A DNA stretch of 64,000 nucleotides, taken from an uncultured Pseudomonadales bacterium (GTDB taxonomy: Bacteria > Patescibacteriota > Microgenomatia > UBA1400 > PJMF01). The notes beneath the pieces are model-generated. The model was not told where the DNA came from and did not search any database. It worked only from the letters and a program-made list of their open reading frames with translations. The position numbers and the translations under genes are program-made. Numbering within the stretch: the stretch's first letter is position 1; each line of letters opens with the position of its first letter. The stretch is from the NCBI GenBank assembly GCA_964633875.1, contig CAZWKL010000002.1, forward strand, positions 23,338 to 87,337. Reading direction: 5' to 3'. Below are positions 54,324 to 64,000 of the stretch, piece after piece.

Positions 54324-56218
54324 ATATTTTTAAACAACTACCGCCAAAAGTGCTTTTCTTTTTTGCAGTTTCCCTGGCAGTATTCTCGCTCCTGGTGTGG
54401 AGATTGGCAGATTTGCAACTGATGAACGGTCGTTCCTATTTAGCTATGGCTGACGCCAACAAATTATTTACTGCTAGAATTCCGGTAGAACGGGGGATTT
54501 TTTTAGATAGATACGGCGATCCGTTAGTGTACAACAAACCCCGGTATTACCAACTCGCCAACCCCGAGGCTTTATATAGCGAAAAAGAAGAAATTTCCCG
54601 CGAAGAGGCCTTAATCGCCATGGCTTCGGGCAGTGAGAGTGTGGGCTATGAATTGGAAAGAGAATTTCTGTTTCCGGAGGCCATTGCTCACGTGTTGGGT
54701 TACACCGGATCGGTGACGGCTGATGAATTAAAAAAAGACACCAGGCTTCATATTGAGGATAAGACTGGAAAAATGGGCATGGAACGGGTTTTTGATGAAG
54801 TTTTACGAGGTGTGGCTGGAGCTAATTTTTATGAAGTTAATGCTCTTGGCAATAAACAAAGAAAAGTTGGTGAGCGGGAAGGTATTCCTGGCTCGAATAT
54901 TGCCACGACTATTGATCCCTATTTGTCGCAAATCGCTTTTACAGCTATGGACGCCAAGCGTGGCGCCGTGGTTATTCTCGATAGCGAGACTGGAGAAATT
55001 TTGACTTTGGTGAGCACGCCCACTTATGATCCTCAGGCTTTAAGTACCAAATACATTGATCCTGAATTAGAAAGACAAAGAAGACAGCAGGTGAATGGAT
55101 TTTTTACCCACCCGCAAAAATTATTTTTCAATCGAGCTATTAGCGGTGCTTACCCACCAGGATCAGTTTTCAAAATTCTCACTGCCCTGGCTGGTTTGGA
55201 TAGTGGAGCGATCGATGCCGGTAAAACGGTCGATGATACCGGAGTTCTAGAGGTGGGAGAATATTCTTATGCCAATTGGTACTACACTCAATATGGCAGA
55301 ATGGATGGGCCGATTTCCTTGGTGCGCGCTTTGGCGAGAAGTAATGACATTTATTTTTACAAAGCAGCCGAATGGACTGGTCCGCAAAAAATTGCTGATA
55401 TGGCCAGACTTTTTGGTTTGGGGAAATTGACAGGCATTGAACTTCCTGGAGAGGCTGCCGGTTTAGTTCCTGATCCTGCCTGGAAGGAGCGGGAGTTGGG
55501 TGAACGCTGGTACTTGGGCAATACTTTCCATTTCGGCATTGGCCAGGACAATCTTTTAGTGACACCGTTGCAGCTGGCCCAATATGTTCAGGCAATTGCT
55601 AAGCATGGCACACAATGCAGTCCTCATTTGGTGAAAACTAATCCGTTGGAGGTGGATGGTAGTTTGGCCAGCCATTGTAGTGAGCTGGGAGTAGCTGAAG
55701 AAAACTTAGAACTGGTTTTGCGAGGGATGTTGGATGCCTGCAGTTTTGGTGGCACTGGCTTTCCCTTTTTTCCCCACAACCAAAGGTTTAGACAAGAGGG
55801 ATTATCGCCAGTGGAGCAACTTAACGAAGGGGCGGTGGCTTGTAAAACCGGCACTTCTGAGTTTGGTGGTGTTGATTCCAGGGGATACAGAAACACACAC
55901 GGTTGGTTTACTGCCATCGTTGGAATTAAGAAAGCGGACATTTTGCCCGCTGGTGGAGCCAACTTGCAATCTGGAGATTGGGATGACGAAGCTCATTCGT
56001 TTCGGGATCGCTGGTTGAGCAGAGTTGATGAAACCGGTTTTCCGGACAGTTTGGTTATGGTGGCTTTGGTGGAAAGTGATGAAGTTTCCCCTTATCGCGA
56101 AGGTTCTGCTGATGCGGCGCCAGTGATTAAAGACATTGTTGATTGGATTTATGGTACTAATATCAGGGCAGAAGCGCTGTCCGAAGAGGAGATCAGAGAA
56201 GCCGGGTTAGCGGAGTAG
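54320..56218 (+). CDS. mrdA: Penicillin-binding protein 2 (elongasome transpeptidase)
   Basis: GSVFKILTA (SxxK), RSNDIYFY (SxN) and ACKTGTSE (KTG). Start at the internal ATG 54320. Confidence 0.88.
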   Translation: MNIFKQLPPKVLFFFAVSLAVFSLLVWRLADLQLMNGRSYLAMADANKLFTARIPVERGIFLDRYGDPLVYNKPRYYQLANPEALYSEKEEISREEALIAMASGSESVGYELEREFLFPEAIAHVLGYTGSVTADELKKDTRLHIEDKTGKMGMERVFDEVLRGVAGANFYEVNALGNKQRKVGEREGIPGSNIATTIDPYLSQIAFTAMDAKRGAVVILDSETGEILTLVSTPTYDPQALSTKYIDPELERQRRQQVNGFFTHPQKLFFNRAISGAYPPGSVFKILTALAGLDSGAIDAGKTVDDTGVLEVGEYSYANWYYTQYGRMDGPISLVRALARSNDIYFYKAAEWTGPQKIADMARLFGLGKLTGIELPGEAAGLVPDPAWKERELGERWYLGNTFHFGIGQDNLLVTPLQLAQYVQAIAKHGTQCSPHLVKTNPLEVDGSLASHCSELGVAEENLELVLRGMLDACSFGGTGFPFFPHNQRFRQEGLSPVEQLNEGAVACKTGTSEFGGVDSRGYRNTHGWFTAIVGIKKADILPAGGANLQSGDWDDEAHSFRDRWLSRVDETGFPDSLVMVALVESDEVSPYREGSADAAPVIKDIVDWIYGTNIRAEALSEEEIREAGLAE

Positions 56219-57541
56219 TTTTGCCCGCTGCTGATCCCAGTAGGCGCCGCGCCGGCAGAGCAGCTCATCGGCTTTTTCAGGTTCTTGCATTAGTTTCTCG
56301 ACGGCAATTTCCAGCAGCAGCGTGTTTTGCGAACCTTTTACCAACAGCAAACTATCTTTTTCTAACTGTTTTTCCAGGTAGATGGCGGCTTTGGCGGCAT
56401 CCGGAAACCATTGGGCTGGAGTATTGGTAGTGGCAATGACCGGCAGGGCATACTGCCGCATAGCTGGGCCAACCAAGGCAATTTTATCGCAAACTGCGGC
56501 GGCTTTTTTGGCCACCCGCTCGTGTTCAAGTTTGGTTTCCTGACCCAGTTCGCGCATATCACCCAAGAGCGCCAGTTTTTTGCCAGGAGCAATTTGGTTG
56601 ATCAACTCGAGAGAGTCCAGCATCGGTTCGGCTGAGGCGTTGTATGAGCTGTCAAGAATGTAGGCGCCGTTGATAGCCGGAATTAGGGAGGAACGTCCCT
56701 TGGGCAGTTTGAAGTTTTTTTGGAGGGACTTGATCGCTTTTTCGACGGTGATGTTTTGGCTGATGGCCGCCGCGAGAGCGGCGGCCAAAGTATAACCGAA
56801 ATGTTCCGGTAAAGCTTGGCTAGGGAATTTTAACTCATAGTTTTTATTTTGATATTTCAAGCTAAAACTGGTACCGCTCAGCTTTTGACTTGCTCCCACC
56901 ACCCGGATGGTAGCGTTTTTAGTTTGGCCAAAAGTCAAAACCGTGGCTTGAGTTTTCTCGGCGTGCTTCATCACATTGGCGTCGTCGGCGTTGAGAATCG
57001 CTGTGCCGTTTTCAGGCAAGCTGGTGATGAGCTTACCTTTTTCCGCCGCGATCAAGGCTGTCACTTCTTCTTTGCGTTGCCGCGGGTCGATAGTTTTTAC
57101 CAGATTATCAAAAGGTTGACTGTGCGCCGCGCCAGCATTAAGAAAAATTCCCACCCGGGGTTGAAGAATAGTCAACAAATAGGCCATATTTTTGGGTGCA
57201 TCAGGGCTGTCGATAGCCATTTCCACGATATAAACGTCATATTTTTCTTTGTTAGTGAACAACTTGATTGGTGCCGCCAAAATCAGATACAACCACTCCA
57301 GACGGGAGTAATTTTTATTGCTCAGCCCCATAATATTAAGAGGAATACCGGATTCAGAATTAGCTTTGTAGCCCGTTTTAGTCCTGAAATGGTCCTTAAA
57401 AATGGCCTCGACCGCGTTTCTGGCGCTACTTTTACCCGCCGAGCCAGTAATGCCAATAATCAAGGGCTGATTCTTTTTGAGCTGAATCTTGGCTAAAAAT
57501 TTAAAATACTCAAGAATCAGTCTGCTCAGCAAAGGTTTCAT
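56207..57541 (-). CDS. murF: UDP-MurNAc-tripeptide--D-alanyl-D-alanine ligase
   Basis: IIGITGSAGKSSARN (P-loop), ILDSSYNASAEP and LLGDMRELGQ (MurF signatures). Confidence 0.8.
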   Translation of the reverse strand: MKPLLSRLILEYFKFLAKIQLKKNQPLIIGITGSAGKSSARNAVEAIFKDHFRTKTGYKANSESGIPLNIMGLSNKNYSRLEWLYLILAAPIKLFTNKEKYDVYIVEMAIDSPDAPKNMAYLLTILQPRVGIFLNAGAAHSQPFDNLVKTIDPRQRKEEVTALIAAEKGKLITSLPENGTAILNADDANVMKHAEKTQATVLTFGQTKNATIRVVGASQKLSGTSFSLKYQNKNYELKFPSQALPEHFGYTLAAALAAAISQNITVEKAIKSLQKNFKLPKGRSSLIPAINGAYILDSSYNASAEPMLDSLELINQIAPGKKLALLGDMRELGQETKLEHERVAKKAAAVCDKIALVGPAMRQYALPVIATTNTPAQWFPDAAKAAIYLEKQLEKDSLLLVKGSQNTLLLEIAVEKLMQEPEKADELLCRRGAYWDQQRAKLLR

Positions 57542-57585
57542 AGATTGTACAGTTATTACTAGCTAATAGAGTTAGTGTACTATGT

Positions 57586-58746
57586 ATGGTTCGCAAAAGT
57601 AATACGAATGATCAAGTGAAGTTGTCCACGGCGGAGTTGGCAGCGGTCTTAAGTGTGCCCGGCATTGGCAGGAAAACTGTTCGCCAAATCATGACTTACC
57701 TAAATAAACACGAAGTAAGCTTTGGGGAATTTTGGCGAAAATTGCCGATTTCAGTTGTGGAATTACTTTTATCAAAAAAACAGCTGGATAGCCTCAAAAA
57801 CTTCAAAAAAGAACACACAATTAGCTCGTATAATGACTCTTTGTTGGAGCAGGGGATTCAGCTGATTTCTTATAAAGATATCGCTTATCCACCGTTGCTT
57901 TTGGCCGCTGCGGATTTTCCATTGCTGCTCTTTGCAAAAGGAAACACGAAGGTGCTCAGGGACCGGCGCATGATTGCCGTAGTTGGTACCAGAAGAGTAA
58001 CGGCGTATGGCAAAATGGCGACCCGGAAGATTGTCGGAGAACTATGTTTGGAAGAAGCCATCATTGTTTCAGGATTTATGTATGGGGTTGATGCCGAAGC
58101 CCACCGGGCAGCCATTTTGGCAGGCGGTCAAACAGTAGGAGTGCTTGGTTATGGTTACAACTATCTCTTCCCCGAGAGACAACGACCACTATTTAGCAAT
58201 CTTCTTGAACACGGCGGAGTGTTTATTACCGAATTTCCTCCTTATGTCGCTCCCAAAGCCGGACAGTTTCCCGTTAGAAATAGAATTATTGCCGGCATGT
58301 CTCAGGCTGTAGTGGTGATAGAAGCCGCTTCAAGAAGTGGTACAACCATTACTGCCAACTGCGCCCTTGAGGAGGGCAGACTTGTCTGTGCCGTTCCCGG
58401 GCCAGTTACCAGTCCATTTTCTGACGGCACCAAGAATTTGCTCAAACAAGGCGCAGTGATGGTGGGTAGTGGCAGCGAAATTATTGGAGAACTGCAGTCA
58501 AGTTATCCAGAATGTTGGCAGGGCAATTATGCAGCTAAAAATTACAGCTTTTATCCCGGCGGCCATGATTCTCCGGAAAAAATCATATATGATATGCTGA
58601 TGGCTCAGTCACTTAGTACGGAAAAGTTGAGTCAGCAAATTCAATTACCTGTTGTAGAATTAAACACATTGTTGACACAATTGGAGTTAAACGGCAGGAT
58701 TGTCAGGAATGGTTTGAACTGGACAGCTGTGTCCATCGATGAATAA
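57586..58746 (+). CDS. dprA: DNA-processing protein DprA (Smf)
   Basis: LSVPGIGRKT (SAM/HhH domain). IAVVGTRRVTAYG and VVSGFMYGVDAEAHRAAILAGGQTVGVLGYG (Rossmann-like DprA domain). Confidence 0.85.
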   Translation: MVRKSNTNDQVKLSTAELAAVLSVPGIGRKTVRQIMTYLNKHEVSFGEFWRKLPISVVELLLSKKQLDSLKNFKKEHTISSYNDSLLEQGIQLISYKDIAYPPLLLAAADFPLLLFAKGNTKVLRDRRMIAVVGTRRVTAYGKMATRKIVGELCLEEAIIVSGFMYGVDAEAHRAAILAGGQTVGVLGYGYNYLFPERQRPLFSNLLEHGGVFITEFPPYVAPKAGQFPVRNRIIAGMSQAVVVIEAASRSGTTITANCALEEGRLVCAVPGPVTSPFSDGTKNLLKQGAVMVGSGSEIIGELQSSYPECWQGNYAAKNYSFYPGGHDSPEKIIYDMLMAQSLSTEKLSQQIQLPVVELNTLLTQLELNGRIVRNGLNWTAVSIDE

Positions 58747-58748
58747 TT

Positions 58749-60983
58749 ATGCATTTAGTAATAGTAGAATCACCCACCAAAGCTAGAAAGTTAAGCTCAT
58801 ATTTGGGCAAAGATTTTCAGATAGAAGCCTCGATTGGTCACATTCGTGATTTGCCAAAAAGTGGCATTAATGTTGATACAGCCAATAATTTTGAACCTAC
58901 CTACGCGGCTTCACCCGACAAGAAAAAAGTCATTACCAAACTCACCCAGGCCGCCAAAAAGGCAGACAATATCTATCTGGCCACTGACCCGGACCGGGAA
59001 GGTGAGGCTATTGCTTGGCATATCAAAGAAACTTTGGAAAGCAAAAAGGGGTTGGGCAAGAAAAATTTCATGCGGGCCACTTTTCATGAAATTACCAAAC
59101 CTGCTGTTATTAAGGCCATCGAAAACCCTGGTGTTATCAAAATGGATTTGGTGGATGCTCAGCAAGCCAGAAGAATTGTAGATAGGCTGGTAGGTTACGA
59201 AGTTTCCCCGGTGTTATGGAAAAAAATCCGTCGCGGCCTTTCTGCCGGCCGGGTGCAATCGGTGGCTTTGCGGTTAATTGTCGAGCGCGAGCGGGAAATT
59301 GAAGCTTTTAAACCTGAAGAGTACTGGGAAGTTGATGTGGCGCTCAACACCAGCGGCAAACTTGACTTTACCGCTTTCAAAGATGGAGCGGCCAAGGATG
59401 ATTTGCCTGAAAGTCTGTTGATTGGCAGGCTGGTGAAACTGAATGGCCAGACTTTCAAGCCTACCAAAGAGGCGGATGTTTCCGGACTCAAGACAGTTTT
59501 GCCTGCTGCTACTTACGAAGTGGCGGAAGTGGAGCGCAAGCAAAGGAAACGCAGTAGTTTGCCGCCTTTTACCACTTCCACCATGCAGCAAAAAGCCGCC
59601 GTTGTTTTAGGCTACAGCGGCAAGCAAACCATGCGTTTGGCGCAGCAGCTTTATGAAGAAGGTCTGATTACTTATCACCGCACCGACTCCATGAGCTTGT
59701 CACAGGCCTCAATTGGGATGGCCAGGGAGTATATTGTCAATGTTTATGGAACAGAGTATTTACCTGAAAAACCCCGATATTTTGCTACCAAAAGCAAAAA
59801 CGCCCAAGAAGCCCACGAGGCTATCAGGGTCACTGAAGTGGCCATCAAAGCAGAAGAGGTTATGGCTAAAGGCAGCAAATTTACCAATCAGCACGTGCGT
59901 TTGTATGATCTGATCCGCCGCCGCTTTATTGCCAGCCAGATGGAGACGGCCATCTACGACCAAACCACCATTCTCACCGACGTCAAGCCCAACACCAGCG
60001 GCGGCGGCAAAAGCAAAAACATTAAAAGCGCCCAGCTCAAAACCACCGGCTCTATTTTGACTTTCGACGGCTGGATGAAACTTTTCCCCGGCAGCGACGA
60101 TACCCTGCTACCAGAAGTTGAGCAAGGTCAAAGCCTGGATTTTGTCGATCACAATTACGCCCAGAAATTCACTCAACCGCCCGCCAGGTACAACGACGCT
60201 TCCTTAATCAAAACTTTGGAGAAAATGGGCATCGGCCGCCCCAGCACCTACGCCTCAATTGTTTCGGTGATTGAAGACCGCGGCTATGTTGAAAAGCAGC
60301 AGAAGCGGTTTTTTGCCACCCCGATCGGCATGACCGTGACCGATTTCTTGATGGAACACTTTACTACCTTCATGGATTACGAATTCACTGCCGAAATGGA
60401 AGAAAATTTGGACAGAATTGCCAGAGGTGAGAAGCAGTGGCGCAAAATTGTAGGCGAATTTTACACGCCTTTTCATGACAAAGTAGAAAAAGTGACTGAA
60501 AATGCCAAGCGCCAACAAGTGCCGTACGAGCAAACCGGCGAAAAATGCCCGGAATGCGGGACGGCGGAGGGTGGAGAAATTGTCATCCGCACCGGCCGCT
60601 ACGGCAAGTTCAAAAGCTGCAGCCGCTTTCCCGACTGCAAATTTACCGAAAATATTGTGGCTACCATTGAGGGCGTTAAGTGTCCGCTTTGCGGCCAAGG
60701 TGGGGTGATTGCTAGAAATACCCGCTGGGGCAAACAATTTTATGGCTGCAGCACCTATCCCAAATGTGGCTGGGCCAGTTGGCAAGAACCTAAGCCGGGC
60801 GAAACTGTAACAGCGGCAGAGTGGGCCGAACTGCAAGCCAAGCGTGAGGAGCGAAAAAAGAAGTGGCAAGAGCGTCGTAGCAAAGGTAAGGCCGCCAAGA
60901 AAACCGCAAAAACCAAAACCACCAAAACAAAAAAGTCCGCAACACCCGGTGGCAGGAAAAAAGCCGCCAAAGCTAAAACTTAG
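58749..60983 (+). CDS. topA: DNA topoisomerase I
   Basis: [20 protein letters not shown] (Toprim domain). C-terminal Zn ribbons CPECG and CPLCG. Lys-rich tail. Confidence 0.93.
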   Translation: MHLVIVESPTKARKLSSYLGKDFQIEASIGHIRDLPKSGINVDTANNFEPTYAASPDKKKVITKLTQAAKKADNIYLATDPDREGEAIAWHIKETLESKKGLGKKNFMRATFHEITKPAVIKAIENPGVIKMDLVDAQQARRIVDRLVGYEVSPVLWKKIRRGLSAGRVQSVALRLIVEREREIEAFKPEEYWEVDVALNTSGKLDFTAFKDGAAKDDLPESLLIGRLVKLNGQTFKPTKEADVSGLKTVLPAATYEVAEVERKQRKRSSLPPFTTSTMQQKAAVVLGYSGKQTMRLAQQLYEEGLITYHRTDSMSLSQASIGMAREYIVNVYGTEYLPEKPRYFATKSKNAQEAHEAIRVTEVAIKAEEVMAKGSKFTNQHVRLYDLIRRRFIASQMETAIYDQTTILTDVKPNTSGGGKSKNIKSAQLKTTGSILTFDGWMKLFPGSDDTLLPEVEQGQSLDFVDHNYAQKFTQPPARYNDASLIKTLEKMGIGRPSTYASIVSVIEDRGYVEKQQKRFFATPIGMTVTDFLMEHFTTFMDYEFTAEMEENLDRIARGEKQWRKIVGEFYTPFHDKVEKVTENAKRQQVPYEQTGEKCPECGTAEGGEIVIRTGRYGKFKSCSRFPDCKFTENIVATIEGVKCPLCGQGGVIARNTRWGKQFYGCSTYPKCGWASWQEPKPGETVTAAEWAELQAKREERKKKWQERRSKGKAAKKTAKTKTTKTKKSATPGGRKKAAKAKT

Positions 60984-61801
60984 ACCGCCATTTCGGCCTT
61001 GATCCGCGGATGATGTTGGTAATTTTCTAGCTTGACATCATCCATGGTAAAGCCATCAATATCTTTCACTTTTGGATTAAGCCAAAGAGTGGGTGAATCA
61101 TAAGGCTTTCGGGACAGCTGTTCCTTGACTTGATTAAGATGATTTTTGTAAATATGGGCATCACCTAAAACATGAATGAACTCCCCTGGCTCCAAATCCG
61201 TCACCTGGGCCACCATGTGCAACAGCAGAGAATAAGAAGCAATATTAAACGGTACACCTAGGAACATATCGCCGCTGCGTTGGTACATTTGCAGGGAAAG
61301 TTTGCCTTCAGCCACAAAAAATTGGAAAAAAACGTGACAAGGCGGCAGCGCCATTTGGTCAAGCTCACCCGGATTCCAGGCGGAAACAATCAACCTCCGG
61401 TCGTAGGGGTCTTTTTTGATCCGCTCGATCACTTCCGCTAATTGATCAATTTCCTTTCCCTCAGGATTTCTCCAGGATCGCCACTGGACTCCGTAAACTC
61501 GACCTAAATCTCCCTCAAACTTGGCTTTGGGTTTCCAATAGGGAGCATCAGCGTTGGCGTCCCAGATGTGACAGCCCATTTCATTGAGAACTTTGTTGTC
61601 AGAAGTGCCCTTAAAAAACCAGAGCAGTTCGGCTAGGACTTGCTTGAAAGCCAGCTTTTTGGTGGTCACAGCCGGAAAACCCTGGGAGAGGTCGTAGCGG
61701 GTTTGCAGACCAAAAACCGCGATAGTACCAACTCCGGTACGGTCATCTCTGGCGACCCCATTTTCAAGCACATACTTGAGCGAGTTGAGGTATTGCTGCA
61801 T
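60980..61801 (-). CDS. thyA: Thymidylate synthase (folate-dependent ThyA)
   Basis: [13 protein letters not shown] (catalytic Cys). [23 protein letters not shown]. Confidence 0.92.
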   Translation of the reverse strand: MQQYLNSLKYVLENGVARDDRTGVGTIAVFGLQTRYDLSQGFPAVTTKKLAFKQVLAELLWFFKGTSDNKVLNEMGCHIWDANADAPYWKPKAKFEGDLGRVYGVQWRSWRNPEGKEIDQLAEVIERIKKDPYDRRLIVSAWNPGELDQMALPPCHVFFQFFVAEGKLSLQMYQRSGDMFLGVPFNIASYSLLLHMVAQVTDLEPGEFIHVLGDAHIYKNHLNQVKEQLSRKPYDSPTLWLNPKVKDIDGFTMDDVKLENYQHHPRIKAEMAV

Positions 61802-61843
61802 TTTTCCTTTGTTTACTTTTGGTTTATTTAATGTCTGTATTTT

Positions 61844-62422
61844 TTACTCTTGGTTGTCTGGAAAATTCTCCGCCATTTTGCTGGCCTGGACTGAAAAGTT
61901 GTTGAAGTACTTACTGCCGAGTGAGGGATCGCCGTATTGTTTTTCTGCCGGACTCTTGAGTTGGCAGAAAGCTATTTGGGCAATTTTCATTTTGGGATAA
62001 AGTTTGATTGGCATGCTGTTGGTATTGAAGAGTTCGAGAGTGGCTTTGAGTTTGTTGCCGGGATCAACAAAACCGGCGGTAGTGTGGATGATTAAACCAA
62101 GTCTAGCCAGACTGCTTTTGCCCATAATGTTGAGACAGTATTGAGGCCCAACGCCAAAAAAATCATCTGTCACAGCCAGGGCAAACTCGCCGGGGTGGAG
62201 GACAAAGTAGTCATTTTCATTTTCCAGGGTGATTTTGGTCATGTATTCTGCCACTGGTTGTTTGGGATCGATGATCTCAACTTTATGTTTGTCAAAAACC
62301 AGAAATTCGTTTCCAAGCAGGACATCATAGCTGGCGGGTTGGAGCCTGGCGGGGTCGAAGTTTTCAATAATAATTTCGCCCGCGCTCAGGGCTGCTTTAA
62401 TATCAACATCAGATAGGTACAT
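61844..62422 (-). CDS. dcd: dCTP deaminase
   Basis: MYLSDVDIKAALSAGEIIIENFDPARLQPASYDVLLGNEF. Confidence 0.88.
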   Translation of the reverse strand: MYLSDVDIKAALSAGEIIIENFDPARLQPASYDVLLGNEFLVFDKHKVEIIDPKQPVAEYMTKITLENENDYFVLHPGEFALAVTDDFFGVGPQYCLNIMGKSSLARLGLIIHTTAGFVDPGNKLKATLELFNTNSMPIKLYPKMKIAQIAFCQLKSPAEKQYGDPSLGSKYFNNFSVQASKMAENFPDNQE

Positions 62423-62490
62423 AACAATTTCCTTCTCACCTAATATAACTGATTTTAAAAATTTTTGAACAGTGAGAAGCGTGGTAGGAT

Positions 62491-63009
62491 ATGCTCATGC
62501 ACGTTTTCCTTATCGCTGCCGTTACCTTGGATGGCTTTATTGCTCAAACCAAAAACCAGAAATCCACCCAGTGGACCAGTAAAGCTGATGCTGATTATTT
62601 TAGAGCCAGGTCAAAGCAAGCGGGGGCGCTGGTGATGGGCGCTACCACTTTTGCCACGATTGGCGGCCCGATGCAGGGCAGGAAAGTTTATGTGTTGACT
62701 CGGAGTCCGGAGGATTTTGAAGGCTATCATCGCGATCAGGTGGAGCCGGTGGCTTTACCGCTGGAAGAATTGGTGAATAAAGTTGAAGCCGAAGGCTTTA
62801 AGGAGTTGGCTGTTTGCGGTGGCGCTAGCGTTTACCACCAATTTATGGCTGCTGGTTTGGTGCAAACTTTGTACTTGACGGTTGAGCCGAAGCTGTTTGG
62901 TAAGGGTATCAAGCTTTTTTCTGGTAATTTGGCTGAGGTTGAGTTGAAGTTGAAAAAAGTTAAAAAGCTCTCGGAGCAAACAATTTTGTTGGAATATCAG
63001 GTGAAGTAG
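62491..63009 (+). CDS. folA: Dihydrofolate reductase-family protein
   Basis: VFLIAAVTLDGFIA...GALVMGATTF. Genomic context with thyA. Confidence 0.7.
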   Translation: MLMHVFLIAAVTLDGFIAQTKNQKSTQWTSKADADYFRARSKQAGALVMGATTFATIGGPMQGRKVYVLTRSPEDFEGYHRDQVEPVALPLEELVNKVEAEGFKELAVCGGASVYHQFMAAGLVQTLYLTVEPKLFGKGIKLFSGNLAEVELKLKKVKKLSEQTILLEYQVK

Positions 63010-63017
63010 TAGGGAAG

Positions 63018-63467
63018 TTGAGTATGGCAGAAAAAATTGCAGTGGTAATTAAGCGGTTTGATCAATCTTTGCCGCTGCCAGAGTATAAGACGGCTGGGGC
63101 AGCTGCTTTTGATCTATACGCCCGGGTGGAGACCACCATCCCCGCCGGTGGTATCGGTTACGTGCCTTTGAACATCGCCCTGCAGCTGCCCCCCAACCAC
63201 TGGGCGCTTTTGAGCGCCCGCAGTTCATTGCACAAGCGCGGCCTGATGCTGGCCAACGGCATTGGGGTGGGCGACTACGATTACCGCGGCGATGAAGACG
63301 AATACCAGGCAGCCATCTACAATTTTTCTTCCCAAGATGTGGTGGTTGAGCGCGGCGAGCGCCTGGTGCAAATGATCATCATGCCTCGCACGCCGGTAGA
63401 GTTTCAAGAATTAGAGCATTTTGCCACCAACAGCCGCGGCGGTTTTGGCAGTACTGGTAGAAAATGA
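63018..63467 (+). CDS. dut: dUTP diphosphatase
   Basis: AGAAAFDLYA and the C-terminal SRGGFGSTG motif. Confidence 0.85.
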   Translation: MSMAEKIAVVIKRFDQSLPLPEYKTAGAAAFDLYARVETTIPAGGIGYVPLNIALQLPPNHWALLSARSSLHKRGLMLANGIGVGDYDYRGDEDEYQAAIYNFSSQDVVVERGERLVQMIIMPRTPVEFQELEHFATNSRGGFGSTGRK

Positions 63468-63546
63468 CGGTAGAAAATGAGTCGCTGCTGATATACAGCA
63501 CTTAGTTTGCTATATTAAAAAAGGGCAATTTTGAAGAAAGGAGCCA

Positions 63547-64000
63547 GTGCCAAAAGCAAGCAAGAAGGGTTTTCTCATCACTTTTGAAGGCGGAGAAGGA
63601 GGAGGCAAGACCACCCAAGTGGTGCGTCTGCGCGACAAGCTCACTAAAGCCGGCAAAGACGTGTTGGTGTTGCGTGAACCAGGCGGTACGGTGATCAGCG
63701 AACAAATCAGAGAAGTAGTACTTTCTTCGAAAAATATCGGCATGGCCTACACTACAGAAGTATTACTATTTCAAGCTGCCAGGGCGCAGATTTACCGCGA
63801 ACTGGTTTTGCCATCGCTCAAAGTAGGCAAATTTGTTTTAATGGACCGCTCCCGCGACAGCTCGGTGGTCTACCAAGGAATGGTGCGTGGTTTCGGGAAA
63901 GATTTGATCGAGCAGCTCAATAATATTTCTACCAAAGAAACTTACCCAGATATAACATTTTTACTTGATTTACCAGCAAAAGTTGGATTAAAAAGAAGAG
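63547..64000 (+). CDS. tmk: Thymidylate kinase, 3' truncated by the window end; GTG start
   Basis: FITFEGGEGGGKTTQ (P-loop) and LMDRSRDSS (DR motif). RBS AAAGGAG 5 nt upstream of the GTG. Confidence 0.8.
   Translation, partial: MPKASKKGFLITFEGGEGGGKTTQVVRLRDKLTKAGKDVLVLREPGGTVISEQIREVVLSSKNIGMAYTTEVLLFQAARAQIYRELVLPSLKVGKFVLMDRSRDSSVVYQGMVRGFGKDLIEQLNNISTKETYPDITFLLDLPAKVGLKRR

Noticed and set aside
1-64000. CRISPR arrays, IS elements or integrase genes
   Set aside because: No regularly spaced repeats of 24-40 bp with unique spacers were seen. No transposase or integrase-like ORFs were found. The only mobile-element hint is the Xis-like HTH at 24241..24531.

Overview
The window is a gene-dense 64 kb stretch of a small bacterial genome. 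Gene content suggests a Patescibacteria/CPR-like organism with a Gram-positive-style envelope. It uses the standard genetic code and has about 48% GC with AT-rich intergenic islands. Housekeeping genes dominate. These include leuS, argS and thrS, and the secE-nusG-rplK-rplA / rplJ-rplL r-protein cluster. There are six tRNAs: Arg-CCU, Pro-CGG, Thr-GGU, Tyr-GUA, Thr-UGU and Trp-CCA. Also present are rpmG, rpmB, fmt-def, murD, murF, an mreB-mreC-mreD-pbp2 operon, topA, dprA and a thyA-dcd / folA-dut-tmk cluster. Several features stand out. (1) A five-gene minus-strand locus at the left edge (1..5085) encodes two DUF916/DUF3324-like membrane-anchored surface proteins. It also encodes two secreted proteins that share a C-terminal domain ending in a WxL-like Y-x-A motif, plus a polytopic membrane protein. 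This looks like a WxL-type cell-surface complex outside Firmicutes. (2) An Arg-specific T-box riboswitch lies upstream of argS. (3) A structured RNA candidate with a 13-18 bp closing helix sits behind an extended -10 promoter between secE and a tRNA array. (4) A Pol-beta nucleotidyltransferase gene is followed by a 783-aa protein of unknown function, next to a BrnT/BrnA pair. (5) The rplKA-rplJL cluster is interrupted by 4.2 kb carrying vapBC, thrS and phd-vapC. (6) An orphan AbiEi-like gene has upstream direct and inverted repeats, the ComEC gene is split in two, and the window contains five toxin-antitoxin modules in total. All coordinates are read by eye from the sequence and the ORF track; RNA ends may be off by 1-2 nt.
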